Of a DNA stretch of 64,000 nt, positions 37,901 through 51,749 are shown one piece after another. Each line of letters starts with the position of its first letter. The stretch's first letter is position 1. Origin of the DNA: Ylistrum balloti (taxonomy: Eukaryota); the NCBI RefSeq assembly GCF_031769215.1, contig NW_026782484.1:1240001-1304000 (forward strand). Reading direction: 5' to 3'. The position numbers and the translations under genes are program-made. The notes under the pieces were generated by a model, which was not told where the DNA came from, made no database searches, and saw nothing but the letters and a program-made list of their open reading frames with translations.

Positions 37901-40900
37901 GGAGTTTCATTATTTAATTTGTCATGGGCCATTAGCTGAGTAACATTCTAAATTATTCAACACTTTTAATAAACTGAATAATACATTGACACTCGTGTAA
38001 GATTCTACTTATCAGTATGATTTAACCTATGTTTCTGAAAACTAAGCTAAAACTCTTGAATAAATTTCCCTATAAGACAGGCTTATTTCAACCTTGATAG
38101 TACATTTTTGAATATCGTGAATTTGCAGGTATAGTACTGAAACAATCATGTGGCGTCATTAAGATGTGACTTATTCATAACATCAAAATGGTATTATCAC
38201 ACCTGTATCAACTCATAATATTTATGACATGGCACAACATTTTGTGAGAAAAGAACTTACATCACTGTTGATTACAGCTATTAATCTCTCAATCACATCA
38301 ACAAAGATTTCATTCTTCTTGTGTTCCTAGAGAAAAAATATAAGTAAACTTGCATGTAAACCTTAGCAGTGAAACTTAGCAAAGCACACTTATATTTACA
38401 TACACATGTAAACAAACATTGATAATTCATTTCCATGACACTCAGTCATTTAAGTAATTATGTTAAGTAATAAACTTTCTCTTCCATCTTAAGTAATGAG
38501 TATACATTTTAGCTTAATGATACAGATTTTTATTCTGATAATTGTTACATTTTTAGTTTTTATCTTACCCTTTTTTCATCTTCATATATGGATAACTTAC
38601 AGTATGTTGTACATGTGTTTCCCTGACTCACATTGACACTGTGTTTACTCATGTCGCTTGGTTTTGCCTGATAAGCTTATGATTGATCAGTACATGTATA
38701 TAGTAGAAAGTGTATTCTGAATTCAGTATACTCTGGTCAGGTAGGTTTTATTACACATTCTTCACAATATGCCTTGGGTTTGATTCTCTAGAACCAGCTA
38801 ATGTCTAAGAGTTAATATATCACACACCACTAAAGAATTTTCATTTGAAATATTTAAAAGGTTTGCAATATCTAAAAGAAAAACTCACCTGGTCAACAGA
38901 GGAAGATACCAATGGTTTGCTGGATGCCGATCCTGATGCTACTTTTGTCTCTATACCAAACTACAACCACGAAGTCAAGATAAAATCTAACAATATACTT
39001 AAAATTTGAAATAAAGTTGGGATCAAAATTCAATGAAGGATCTGACAGTGATCTCTTTGCCAAGAACAAAAGCAAATTTATTTTAGTAAACGCATGGACC
39101 TCCTTCCAAATAGCCTTTACTTTTGATGCTATGAACGACTTGCCTTTAAGAGAACAATGAGGATCCATTTTTTTTATTTCAAGCAGCAGATATCATTACA
39201 AACAGAGATTCAATAAAGTTATGGCTGTATACATACACTCACAAACACTAAATTGGTAACTAGCTTAGTACAAACTTCATATACTAACCATTCGTGACCC
39301 AAGATCACTGGTTGGTTCTCTAGTAGATTTGATGATAACTGGGTCAGACTGAATGTAAGGTCGTAACTTTTCTGTTGTAGCCAATTGAACATAGCCATAA
39401 TCCTGCAAAAAAGGAAAAAAGTCATTGGAAAGAAACATCTTACAGGCTTGAAGTAATAACATTAAGCCAATGTAATTAGTAACAATAAGCTCTCTTTTTC
39501 ACAATAAAGATTAAGTTTACTTGTAAAGCCAATTAACACAAACATTTAATTCTTCAGTGAAATAAACCTTTTTTCTCAAAAAATTTAATTTGCAATTTTA
39601 TTTCTTTTATATCATTTGCTTTGAATACTTGTAGTTGTCAATTTATTTCTCTCCTATACCAAATCTTAAACCTAGAAACAGCGATCAGTAATCAACATGC
39701 AAAACATTAAATAATATTTGTCAAGGTCATTCATTTAAACAGTTTACTGGTCAATGACCCTGGGCCTTATGGTTATTGAAGAAAATTCTTTGAAAATTTC
39801 ATAACCAGTATATTTGACACTTCTGACATTCTAACTGGGTCAATGTCATTAATTTGAAAACACTTGATATCCCTTCACCCATGCATGCTAGTGGCCCTAT
39901 GATGAATAGAAGTTAGAAATCTGAATGTCTTACTAATATTTCATCCAGTACTTCAAAAACAAGGAGACTATTCATCCGTACAGATTCTTCATTGACAACG
40001 CCACAAAAGTCTTTGCAAGTCTGATAAATTCTGTAAAAGAATTAAAAGAAAATGGAACATGTTACTTGGAATCATGGCAATTAGTACAATACTTACAGTA
40101 TGATACAAATTTTGTTAGCTTACTACAAATGATTACAACATAAACTATAACATCTCAATCAACATAGAATCATTAGAAACAGAATGAGAAACATGATCCA
40201 ATTGCAGGTAGAAAAAAAAGACTGAGTTATATAATAATCGTATGTAAGTATATTTAAGCTATGTATCTGTTTCTTTAAATGTTCTGAAATGTAATAAATG
40301 GAATTCATGATCCTTAATGTAGTTTTCATAAGGAAAGTTCTTACACAATGAACTTTGACCTCTTCCCGATAACTAAACAAGAGATCGCAGAGATTTTGGC
40401 ATCCACCAAGGAATGATATCATTAGTTTTAAGAAAAATCTTAATCAATTCTTCTTGTTCTTTTTTTTACTATCCTGTTCTCTGTATCAACAGATGTGCAA
40501 TATTGTTAACAAGGGAAAACTGCATATAAAATGTGAGAAATAGCTATCTAGTACTTTCTCTCTGAAGTTGATAACAATCTTGAATGTCAAAATTAAAGAT
40601 GGCTACCGAGGGCAATTTTTTCCTATAATCAGTCCTAATATGGACCAGGTACAGCATATGGGACCAAGACATCCTTTATATGAAGTCAGATAAATATTTG
40701 TCCACATTTGTCAAGAAAAAATGATAACAATATTGATCTCGCAAAATCTGCCTTTTTCTACTTATTGTCAATGTTTCAAAACTGCACAACTAGGAATCAT
40801 GGGTAATCTACATGCTGAGATTCATCCAGTGCTAAGAAAAAGTGTTAATAAAAATGGTTAAATAACAAGACAATGGACAAACAAACAAGTAACAAAAGAA

Positions 40901-43900
40901 GACCATTTAACAGCCATTCAGTCATCAGATGATGTGCCAATACATATGTATATTATACCTGTATATAACAATTTAAAATCAGATATTTCTGTCCTAACAC
41001 TGATTATATATACAACATAACACTCTAATAGAAAATCTCATTAAGCAGTGAAAATCTATCAAATATTTTCTAATTTTTATTAAAGAAATAATTTTTTACA
41101 CCTACCTGGTTAGGATCTCAATGACAAAGACTGGAGAAACATCTGCCTGAGAAGTGGCTACGAAGTACACACCATTTCGCTTCACATAATAATATGTAGT
41201 CCCGTTCTCTCTCTGAAATATGAACAGAAAATTAGACTTAATACAATGTATTAAGAAATTTAATTCAAATAAGTAAAAATCTAAAAGGTAATGGCCAAAG
41301 ACATAATTGTTACAGTACTATGTACAATGTTCATTGACTCTCAGTACAAATGCCTACCAGTAAATGTACATAAAGTGGACAGCTAATCGATAAGTTAATG
41401 TCTAGACATTCCTTTATATCAAAAAGAATTGTTCAAGCTGAATTTGTACAAAATCACCGAAGGATGTCTATTATTACAGTTTGATAACAAATTTTGATAA
41501 AATAAAACATTAAAAGACCAATATAATATGGTTATAATACAAACTCACAATCTAATTAACAAGCATTTTAAATACTTAATTGATAGCTTTTGCATACATT
41601 GTAAATATATCATACTCACAAAGTGAGGAGGAAGCTGACTGGATTTAACGTCACGCAGTTTCTGAATGAACACATCTTTTGATGTTCCTTCACAATCAAA
41701 TCTATCTTAATGTTCTTAAGGAAATTTAATGTTTTGTGGATATATGGTAATGATAAATTGTACAACACACAAATATTGACAAAAAAAAAATTAAATACAA
41801 ATCGAGACATTGATTTCTGCTGTCTCTTCCCAAACAGTGAAACTCTTCTACATTTCACAGAACATTGTTGTGAACCAAGACATCTACGGGATTAAATTTT
41901 AAATTTCGTAAAATTTCTAAGACACAACATCTTTTCTGAGACAACTATTCACCATTGCTAAATGCATATTTCCCCATTTTTTTCAAAATTTCCATTTAGG
42001 AGATTCTGCATACAAGACTTCAAAATTCAGAAAAAAAATCAAGTTTGATGAATTAATACAGCACTGAAGTACAAGATCATATTTCAACATGTTTTTTTTT
42101 CAAAATCATTAACAAATAAGATGACTTAATGACAATAGAAGTCCAAAAACTCATTAAATGGACAAAATATCTTGCCTGAAAAATATCTTTTCAGGCTCTC
42201 TTGTGGAAATAAAAACTGTTTAGAATTTTTAGTAATTAAATGAATTGATCAAACCTATAAATACAGTAACAGATTGCAAAAAACTTTATGCTTAAAATAA
42301 TTGTCAAAACTCGTTAACAAATACAACTGAACCAGTTAAAGTATGAGCACATCTCATTTTCTATTTACCTGAAATCTGGTTTAAGGCTCAGGAACCTATA
42401 TCACTTTCTGTATATGAAAAATGCATCGTCTCTTACATGAGAGATGTCAAAAGGTCCCGATTTGGCATGGAACTTTAAACTGCATTATTTAGATGTACTA
42501 GATATATCTAACATATTGCTTGCATATAATAAAGCATGAATATTTTAATTCAATTCTTCACTTTATTTGAATGTTTATGAATTTTCCTTTAGATGCTGTA
42601 TAAACACTTGGAGTGAAGCCAGGAAACAGACAGTTCAAAATAATATATATGTAGCAGGTCTGTACTGAGACAATCATTGGCCCATATATAGCTTAACTGG
42701 TTGAGTGTTTGTCTAGACTTTTGAGGGTCCCATGTTCAAACCCCTGTATGGCCATGTGTTTTTCCACTCCTTGGTGCAAATGACCTATCCTTGTTCAGGG
42801 ACATATTTTAATGGACATATTTTGATACTGAGGGATGAGAAACAAGACCCAGCACAGACTTTTCTATTATCAACATAGGTATTTGTTCCTTGAACCCTTA
42901 AGTAAAAAAAGTCCCACTTTCTCAAAGATTTTATCTAATTTCATCCACCTATTCCTCATCCACTTCTATACTGTAAACATAAGAAGTGTGAAATTTGCAG
43001 CAACTGGCCTGATCAGAGGCATGTTGTATCCAGTGAGAAGTTAATCTCAATTTTAATAACACAAATAAATTAAAATGACATATATTTTATACAGAATTTT
43101 GTTGAATGTGGTTTATAATATAGGGTGGTATTTCCTTGATCACTGAGCTTTCTTCAACTATTTATCGTGAAAGCACTTTTTATATATTTTTGGAGAAATC
43201 TGATATATAAACACAGCTAGGCTATAGTTAACTTGAATTTCTTCAATGTAGCTTTTCAAAGAGATATAGACAGTTTTGTTACCCTCAATCAAATGTCCCC
43301 CACCTTGTTTTCAATGTACAAAGGATACCCCAACCTGGATTATATCTTCGGGGGCAAAGATTTATTAAAAGGAGGGAGGAATGTAGCAGAACAGGACTAG
43401 GGTGATTAATTGCAACAGGTAGCTTAATTGGTATAGTCTTTGGGGTTCAGAGGGCCCTGTATTCAAAGCGCAGTCTGGCAGGGCATTTTTTCAAACCTTA
43501 CATTATATATCTATATAAATGTACTTCTTCTTGATTGTGCTTGTGTTCATATTTAGGACTTTGGTAAAATACAAGCCACAACTTATCATCACTGAGATAG
43601 ATTAAACTTCTATTCAGCTTCATTGGTTCAGCATCAGACTAGTAAACCAGCTGTCTCCAGTTCAAATCCTAGTAGCGGCATGAGATATATCATGACCTCT
43701 GTTGCACATTAATGTATGGAGTACCTATTTCAGATTACTACTAAAAGAGCAGAAAATACTGAATACAAGTACGTGTATTTCTCTTTTTCTGATGTATAAA
43801 TAGCTTATTTCACAACATCAAAATTCCGTGTTTTGATCACAGGTACCTGTATCTGGAACGTAAACAACACAAGCAAAAATCCAGTCCACTATGATCATAC

Positions 43901-44177
43901 ATGTGTAGTTTACGTTACAGATATAGGTGTCTGTATTTTGATCAACATTTTACCCGCATCTTAATACCATAACATAAAGAAAACATCCTAAACTGAAACC
44001 TCTTGTAGGAACCAACTTACAGTAATGAATGTGCACCTACTTCCGGATTCTTGTACCTTTTATGTTTTGCAAGAAGAAGATAAAGCGAAAGTAAGATTAA
44101 TTCGCTCTGAAAAGGATACATGATTTGGCTGCAAGAACAGTGGTGTGATTGGACAGAAGAAAAATTTCAGAAAGCAT
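31993..44177 (-). CDS. AP4M1: AP-4 complex subunit mu-1, 445 aa
   Basis: Exons 44177-44120, 41705-41620, 41212-41106, 40030-39934, 39402-39289, 38960-38889, 38326-38261, 37457-37337, 35196-35090, 34406-34315, 33731-33633, 32509-32386, 32187-31993 join in frame (1338 nt). Motifs: FEVLDEILDYGYVQ, KNEIFVDVIERL, EIKIGLNEDL, LDHCSFHQKVKLDEFE, FEISKYTCSGLRVRFL, PHRWVR. The C-terminus fits mu4 best among the adaptin mu subunits. Intron 1 is U12-type. Confidence 0.88.
32885..33320. repeat. 35-37-bp tandem repeat in an AP4M1 intron
   Basis: Unit catggggccagagtaacagatgtagcatgtcacaa, about 12 copies. Confidence 0.92.
35445..37172. repeat. 48-bp minisatellite array (~1.7 kb) in an AP4M1 intron
   Basis: Unit aagacaatttcagtaaaatagaatctgatcctgatgttttataccaac; about 36 highly similar copies. 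Confidence 0.97.
41706..44119 (-). other. U12-type (minor spliceosome) GT-AG intron, AP4M1 intron 1
   Basis: 5' site GTATCCTTT at 44119; branch-like TTCCTTAAG at 41723-41715, about 10 nt from an AAG acceptor that lacks a polypyrimidine tract. Splicing here gives a continuous MLSEIFLLS...KSY|RFD frame. Confidence 0.85.
42680..42760 (+). mobile_element. Degenerate tRNA-derived SINE head (tRNA-Lys-like), not a functional tRNA
   Basis: gcccatatatagcttaactggttgagtg...agacttttgagggtcccatgttcaaacccctgt: recognisable A/B boxes but broken stems. A similar relic lies near 43615-43680. Confidence 0.4.
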
Positions 44178-44459
44178 GCTTGAGAAATATTTGAAACGTC
44201 ACTTCCATATCAATTACAAAACCACAAGCTGTAACAAAATCGAAGCGCATAACTGGGCTTTTTCCATCGACTGCTCCATTAGCCAGCCAACCGTGGAGGT
44301 TTTTGCTTTGCATCCGGGGATATCCCATTTTCAAATCACGTCGCAAGCGAGACTTGAACGGTGTTTGGAAAATGCAATCAACAGTGCCACTATTACGGCT
44401 GGCAATGGGAACACAACAGAATATAGAGCTTTGACTTATTGATCAACGTTCATAAGCAG
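44178..44459. promoter_or_regulatory. Putative bidirectional promoter of AP4M1 (-) and Akt (+), including a candidate non-coding first exon of Akt
   Basis: Locally CpG-rich. The AP4M1 ATG is at 44177 (-) and a plus-strand donor CAG|GTAACG is at 44459/44460. Akt coding exon 1 begins at an acceptor (56056/56057), so an upstream exon is required. Confidence 0.55.
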
Positions 44460-47400
44460 GTAACGTGATTTTTATTTGTTTGTTGAAATATATAAAAGGT
44501 CAAATACCCCACTTCCCGGCTTGATTTCTGTACAGCATTATACTAGTGTACACATTCTTCCTGTCAGACAGATGCAGATCTAGTTCACGAATTCATTCAC
44601 AAAATGTGTCCTTATTTTTAGGTCACAGATGATAAACTTTAATGTTTGATATCTACAGTCCACGTTGTAAGCAAAGATAATATTCACACTGTTAAAATAA
44701 AGTCGATGTAGAACTTATACGTCGAACAATGAGAACAAGTAACAATATGTTATATGGTTCGAAAATGCCGGTCCAAATGTTGACCTCATAAAAGTTGACA
44801 GTGGTGGAGAATTTGTGGTATTTTAATCCTTTTATTGCTCATTCTGTTAGAAGTCAAGACAATGGGGTCGCCAATAGGGTGTTAATGTTGTTGATAATTT
44901 ATTGCCACATGCCATGACCTGTATTATTGTTCAATAGGGTAAGTTATTTTAAGTTCTGCAAATATGCCTTGTTGAACAAAATTAAGTAAGAGAAATATAT
45001 ATTCCTTACGAGATTTCAGCTGAGCAATACAGTAAAATTTAAATCAGAATCTAGGCCTATCTTTATGTCCATTTTCTATCAAGGTAACAAAAACAAATCA
45101 ACCTAGATGATTCAGACACTGTATTTGTGAAATTGTGAAACTGAGGTTTTATTTCATACTCCACCTATTTTGAATTTCTGGACTTGATCAGGACTTATTG
45201 TTTCAGTCTTGGCGATATATAATTACTGTTATAAAAATACCTAGTTGAATTCATCATATTGCATAATCATACAGGAAACATTATGTTGGAGTTTGTGCAG
45301 AGCGTACATTGAAAATCTAAAGATCAATGAACTAGCAAAAATATGATAAAACCTGTTTATGTATAAATGTTTACATGCAGTGTAATCTTGCTGTATGATT
45401 TTAGGATAATGTCTTGTTAACTACTACATTTACAAAAACATGATATACACTGTAATTATTGTTTAGTATTGTGATAGAATGAGGAAGGACACCCTATATA
45501 TATATCTACTTAGATCACTTTGGTCTATATTTAGTCCAAAGTAGAAGTGGTAACCCTTTTAAATATGATCTTATCCTTGACATCCCTATAATTGAGAAGA
45601 TGAAGTAACATATGAGAAGCAACTCAATGAATTCCTGTTTATATTTTGATGGTCTATGAAACTGATACTAATTTTTAGTGGTTCACAATTTCACATGCAG
45701 CAATACATTAATGTATGATGCAAAAGGGGAAAAAATCTCATATTAAAAATCTTCTAAAATGAAAGAGGAATTTCCAGTTCTGTTACTGATTTGACATGTT
45801 TTTGCATTGGTAAAGATTTAATCAGTGTTTTGTTTGTATTCAAAAATAGTATTTATAAATATCTTTACAGCAAAAGCTTTGACACCAATGGTAAATTGTC
45901 ACCATAATACTTATATGGAAATATTGAACGTGGGTTGTTGTTGTCTTTGGGATCCAAGACTTTATAAAGGAGGGAGTAGTGTAGAAGTTTAGATTGAAGG
46001 TTGCCGTACTATTATTGACTAGTGGGAATTTCCTTCTAGTCAAGCAGTAGAGTGTCACTTGAGACCAAAGGGTCACTAGTCACAACCCCAGAGGTAGTAC
46101 AGAGTTTTTCATTTCTTCTTTCTATTACAATACTGTCAATTTGACTTAATTATGATAAGGGAAGTTTAAAAAGTTCAATGTTAATTTAAAGGTGAGAGAG
46201 AAGCTAGTGTACGCATAGTACAAACAGAACTCATGGTTTATTTACATATTTGTACATACTTAAAGTTATATGTTCACTATTGCATGCGATTATGGTCATT
46301 ATATGCATATACTACATAATGGTAAGGTCTCACTTATGAACAGTGTATAGAATTAATTACCTAGCATATAATACAGAGTACATATCATTTCAACAAGCAA
46401 CCTTTATTTTATAGAGGGATTCTATCTTTAAAGCTAACAGTAATCTGATAAAACAATATAACTGATATAAATATACACATGTACACAGGGTCAAAATTTT
46501 ATACCATTGTTTATACGAGTAGTGTTTCTTTATGAAAATGTATATGACTTTTAAGATATTAATATGAATTCTTTTGTACACAGTTTGAGTGTTCAGCTAA
46601 TCAGAAATTTAGCAGAAATAAATACTGTGACAGGTGCTTTAAATTTGGGTTAACAAAATGAAGAAAAAGAAACACACCAGAAATTTAATTAATTTGATAA
46701 GAAGTAACAAGCATTGAACAACGTATCATACATAGAAATCATTTCATCAGGAAATGGTGTGTTTTGTGAGAATTTTTTTTTTGTTAATTTAAGAAAACAA
46801 TATTTTCACAATGTTATTTTCACTTTTTCATGATGGATTGGACATTTCAAAAATGGGGATTGACTTATTCATTACTGTTGGCATATGTGCTGAAAATATG
46901 AAAAATAAGGGGATTGACCAATGGACCAATACCTGGTAAAAGATAATGTATACTAAGCTAGGATGTATTTTCTGATGTTGGAACTATACTGAAAATGGGT
47001 AGAACCAGCTGATATATCTCATTTGATCACTGAAATTTTTCACAAATTACAATAAATTGATTATCATGATTTAATCAAAATATTCAATGTATTACTGTCG
47101 TCTAAAATTACCTTCATTTCAGGAGAGTTCTGTTTTTAGAAAATCATTGTCAGAGCTCTAATCAATTCATTTCTTGAGGGATTGTCATCAAATTTCAGAT
47201 ACTTTAAAGCACTTTAATTTCTTGAACAGGTTTTCAGGGTTGTAGGGACAAGGTCTAGGTCACAATTATTACTTTTTGGAAAAAGAGTTTAACGAAGCCT
47301 CACACACTTACAATGGCCATTATCGCACTCTGGTGATCGAACTGTGTTGTATGCTTTTCATACATATTTTTTTTTTTCACAAATTAACACTAAACAGCAC

Positions 47401-47614
47401 TATCTTTAGAAATTGTTGCAGTGTGATAGCTTATAGGAGCTGGTAGAGGACATGTATGATTGTTTAAACAATACTCAGTATGCTTTTAGATTTTAAATGA
47501 TTTTATGTGATTAAGTGAAATCACATGTAAATGGAAATTCTAGAATTACTGTACTTGTATCTAACATCCACAAAATTTAGTTAGTTGATATCCCTGACTC
47601 ATCAATCTTCTTTC

Positions 47615-48437
47615 ATTAACTCACCATCATCAGATGGTGGGCTAATAAAAGTGCCCTACATCCGAGGTCCGTTGTCCATCTACCCATCCGTAAACAATTT
47701 TTGTTATTGCTATTTCTTGTGATGTCATGAATGAATCTTTTTCAAATTCCATAAGTCGGTTTCCATTGGTCCCTAGTTGTGCTAGTTTGATTTTGGGTCT
47801 GATCAGAAAAACAAAATGACTGACAGAAGATGATCTTGGATTTTGAGATTGTTATCACTATTTCTAGAGAACTACAGCAGAGATCTTTCTCAAATTTCAT
47901 GTGTATGTTTCCCTTGATCCCTAGTTGTGCCTGTTTGATTTTGGTACTGATCAGAAAAAGGAAATGGCCACAGTTGGCCATCTTGTATTTTGAGTTGAAA
48001 GTTTGGTATTGCTATTTTTAGATTCCTCTTGATCCCTAGTTGTGCCTGTTTGAGTTAAGGACTGACCATGGAAAGAAAATGGCTGACAGGCAGCCATCTT
48101 GGATTTTGCCTAGTAAAAATTGTTATCCCTACTTCTTAAGAAGTATTTAATGGATCTCTCTGAAGTTTCATATGTGTGTTCCCTTTGGTCTCTACTTGTG
48201 TCTGTTTCATTTTGGGACGGACTGATTAGAAGAAATAAAATTGTTTCCAGGCAACCATTTTGGATTTGGCAGGTAAAGATTATCATCACTCTTTCTGCAA
48301 AGGAATGTCCATACTTCCTATCATTAAGAGCAAAAACAGAGAGGAGAAGAGAAAAGAAGGGTAAAGATCCAACTTTCAGAAAGCAAATAAAGATCAAGCA
48401 ATGGAGGGTGCCATTATCCCTCTGGGATCTCTTGTTT
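47615..48437 (-). mobile_element. Family A HINE/pearl-like element, minus-strand copy
   Basis: Reverse complement of the 9213-9996 element, including both ends (aacaagagatcccagagggg; caccatcatcagatggtgg). Confidence 0.65.
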
Positions 48438-51400
48438 TTCTAATATGTTTATGAAACAAGGATACCAACTAGTTCATTGTAAATATCATTGATCCTGAAT
48501 TGATTGAATGCAATCAAAATTCATTGGCAACCTTGACATTGACCTGTTCTGTGTCCGAATATGAAAAACATTGCAGAAATACTAGTGTTTGCTTCACTCA
48601 CTCAGTGTTATAGGCCTCCATCAAATATGATGGAGATCATGTAACTAGATGTTGTCTGTCCATCCATTCATCATAGACTTTCGTTTGGAGGTTCTCTTAT
48701 TTTTCTCATCACACACATCTCTTAAAATTGAAACTTTGTAGACTTCAATTTGCTGCTTTGGCATGAATTCAAATTGTCAGGTGTGGTCTATTCAGTTATG
48801 TCTAGTGTCTTAAATTTATACCAAACAGTCTCATAGAGACTTTGTAAGCTTCATCTGACCATAACAAGATATTCAGGTGTGTTTTCCTGATTGGCAAATG
48901 CATCTCCGTGAACAGTTTTGAATAGAAAACTTGGTATATATAGCCAAGGTCTACATTGCTATAGTTCAGTGGAGTCTGGTCTGTAAGACGGATGAAGTGC
49001 TCATGCACTGGTGGCTTGGCTGTTGTTAGATGGTAACTGCTACATGGTATTGATTTAGTATACTGTCATGTATGTAGGGTAATCTCACCACCCACACATC
49101 ATGTAACGATTATCTTTTGAAATATATTTGGATTAAAAAGTCAACACCACATAATGTAAAGATGATTATAATTATTTTAACTACTCTTTTTGCTGTTTTC
49201 ATTTACATTGAGTTGTTACAGTCTGCATGATCTTTGGATAGAATAATTGTGCTGATGTTCTGCTGACTTGTCTTACGGCTGTAGGATAATGATGTCATGA
49301 TGCTCACACAATTAATGGTATTTAGTTACAGTTTTGACAATCCAATTATTCATTTCCTGTTTAGTCATGAAAATATGTGAGTTTAAGAAATATGTTGCTA
49401 TTGTCTGTCCATAAAGATTGATTGAAATACAAAAAGTATGTCTTCCTGTCTTACAGTCAGGATTGTACAAAAAAAGGTATCTCCCTGTCTCACAGTCTGG
49501 GTTACATATTATTGCTACATTGATTTAACTTGCACCAAAGCAATGATGCAGCAAGCTTACTAGAGTTAAACCAGGACTGCATGTTGTGGATGCTCAATTC
49601 AATCAACAAATCATACTTCAGTGATCATCAGCTTTGGTTTTCGATCATCATCCTTCTTTCTTAATAAAACTTGCGTCTATGATGCAGCATTGAATTTTAT
49701 CTCCTGTGCTTTTAAATTTCATGTTTTCATTAAAAAAATAGTAAAAGCAATATGTGGATATAGCTGTAAGTTGATAGAGATGCTGACATGAGCTTATGTG
49801 AATATGTATACATATTCATATTCTAGATATATGTAGCTCCAATTGCCTGAAATAATTAAACTTCACATATGAAGATTTTGATGTTTAACACTTTTATATA
49901 ACATACATGACATGTTAATTCATATTTTGTATGTTTTTTTTCCATTCTTGTGTGTATTGAAATTTTATATGATTTTGGTTTAAAGAACATCAATAAAAAA
50001 GAAAGGTATTGGCTTATGCTGTGGTAGAGAGTCAGTCTGTCATCAATTTTTCACTTCAGGCAACTTCTTCTAAATAATGGAAAGGCCCAGGGTGCTGATA
50101 TTGGGCCTGTAACATTTGGAGATGGAATGATACCAAGTTTATTTAAATGAATGACCTTGACTCAGTTTCAAGGTCACAGGGGTCAAATATATGAAAATCT
50201 TCTAATAACTTTTTCTCATGAACTGAAAGGCCCAGAGTCATGATATTTGGCTGGAATGTTCATAGGATGAAGCCCCAAAAAAGTTTGCAGTTTCATCCCT
50301 AAACATTTCCTTTAAAACACTACTTCTGTTCAACACCTTGACAGATTTTAACCAAATTTGATCGGAAACATATTAGGGCATGGGATCATTTCTTAAGTTC
50401 AGAAAATTGATTTTCCATTCAATTTTGTCTGTAACATCAGTAGGGGTTGGCAAATAATTCTTTAAATTCAGAAATTTGATTCGACCTCTAAGGACTTGGG
50501 AGTGCGTCCCCAAAGGGGGAAATTATATTTTGCTTCAAAATGCTACTGTTTTTTAATGCTTCAATGGATTTCAACCATAGTTGTTCTGAAATAAATTTGG
50601 ATTTGGAAATCAGTTCTTAAATTTAAAAATGTGATTCAGCCCATATGGACTTGGGGGCAGAACCACAAAAGGGGAAATAAGACAATATTTTGCTTCAAAA
50701 TGCTACTTTTTCTTATTGCCTGGGTAGATTTTAACCATATTTTGTGTGAAACATTTTTGTACATTGGTTCTCATTTCTTAATTCAGAAGGTTGATTTGAT
50801 CCCTAGGGACTTGAGGGTGAGGCCCAAATGGGGGCAGGACCCCAAAAGGGGAAATAAGACAATATTTCATTTCAATATGTTACTCTTAATGCTTGAATGG
50901 AATTCAACCAAATTTGGTAAGAAACATCATTGAGAGTGGGAAATCATTTCTTAAATTCAGGAAGTTCATTCGATCAAAAGCAGAAGTTAGACAATATTAT
51001 GCTCCAAACACTACTGCTTTTAATACCTAGGTAGATTTCAACCATATTTGGCATGAAGTATTATCAGAAAGTGGCAATGACATGAAACATGCATGAAGTG
51101 AATCATGAGATTGTCCTGACCAAATCTTAATTTTTTACCCTTTGGTCCAAAATCCAGCATAACTCATCTAGAACGAATAGTCTGAATTTCTTTACATGTT
51201 TCAGTCACACCAATGAGAAAAATATTTTGGAGTTTGATTTTTTTTAAAGAAAAGAAAGAGATGATTTGTTGTTATTTTGTAACATGATTGTGCAATTGTT
51301 TTTGATGCACAAAACCTACCATTTATGAGTTTCTGATACTTCCCAAGAATGTTCAAAATTTGAATTCATCATATTTTGCAGAACACCATCAGCAAATTCT

Positions 51401-51749
51401 GTGGTTGGTCCATCCGTTCGTTGAATGTCAGATGACCATTAAGGGCCATGACCCTTTTGTTTTAGTTTGAGCCTTTCTTAGGTACAAAAGGAGTATATCA
51501 CCCAACAGCAATTGGAATTCAATTTAACAGTATTCAAATCATTCATGTTTAATCTGCTAAGAAAAAACATTGATGTATATGATTCAAGAATGTTAGACAT
51601 CAGTGAGTTTTATTGCTCAACTGCTGGGTAAAAAAAGTCTCATTTGTAACATGATATGAACATACACAAATGCTCTATATTTACAACATTGATAAATTAA
51701 CTGGGTCAACAAAAAGCAAAGTCAGTTAGAATGTTGGTTTAAGTACATA

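Noticed and set aside
43321-43328. Second GTATCCTT (U12-like donor) on the minus strand inside AP4M1 intron 1
   Set aside because: The upstream sequence does not encode a mu-adaptin N-terminus; the site at 44119 does.
42680-43680. tRNA genes
   Set aside because: A/B boxes are present but cloverleaf stems are broken; better explained as SINE heads.
44149-44442. 97-aa plus-strand ORF overlapping the AP4M1 start
   Set aside because: No recognisable homology, lies in promoter DNA, and its length is compatible with chance in locally GC-richer sequence.
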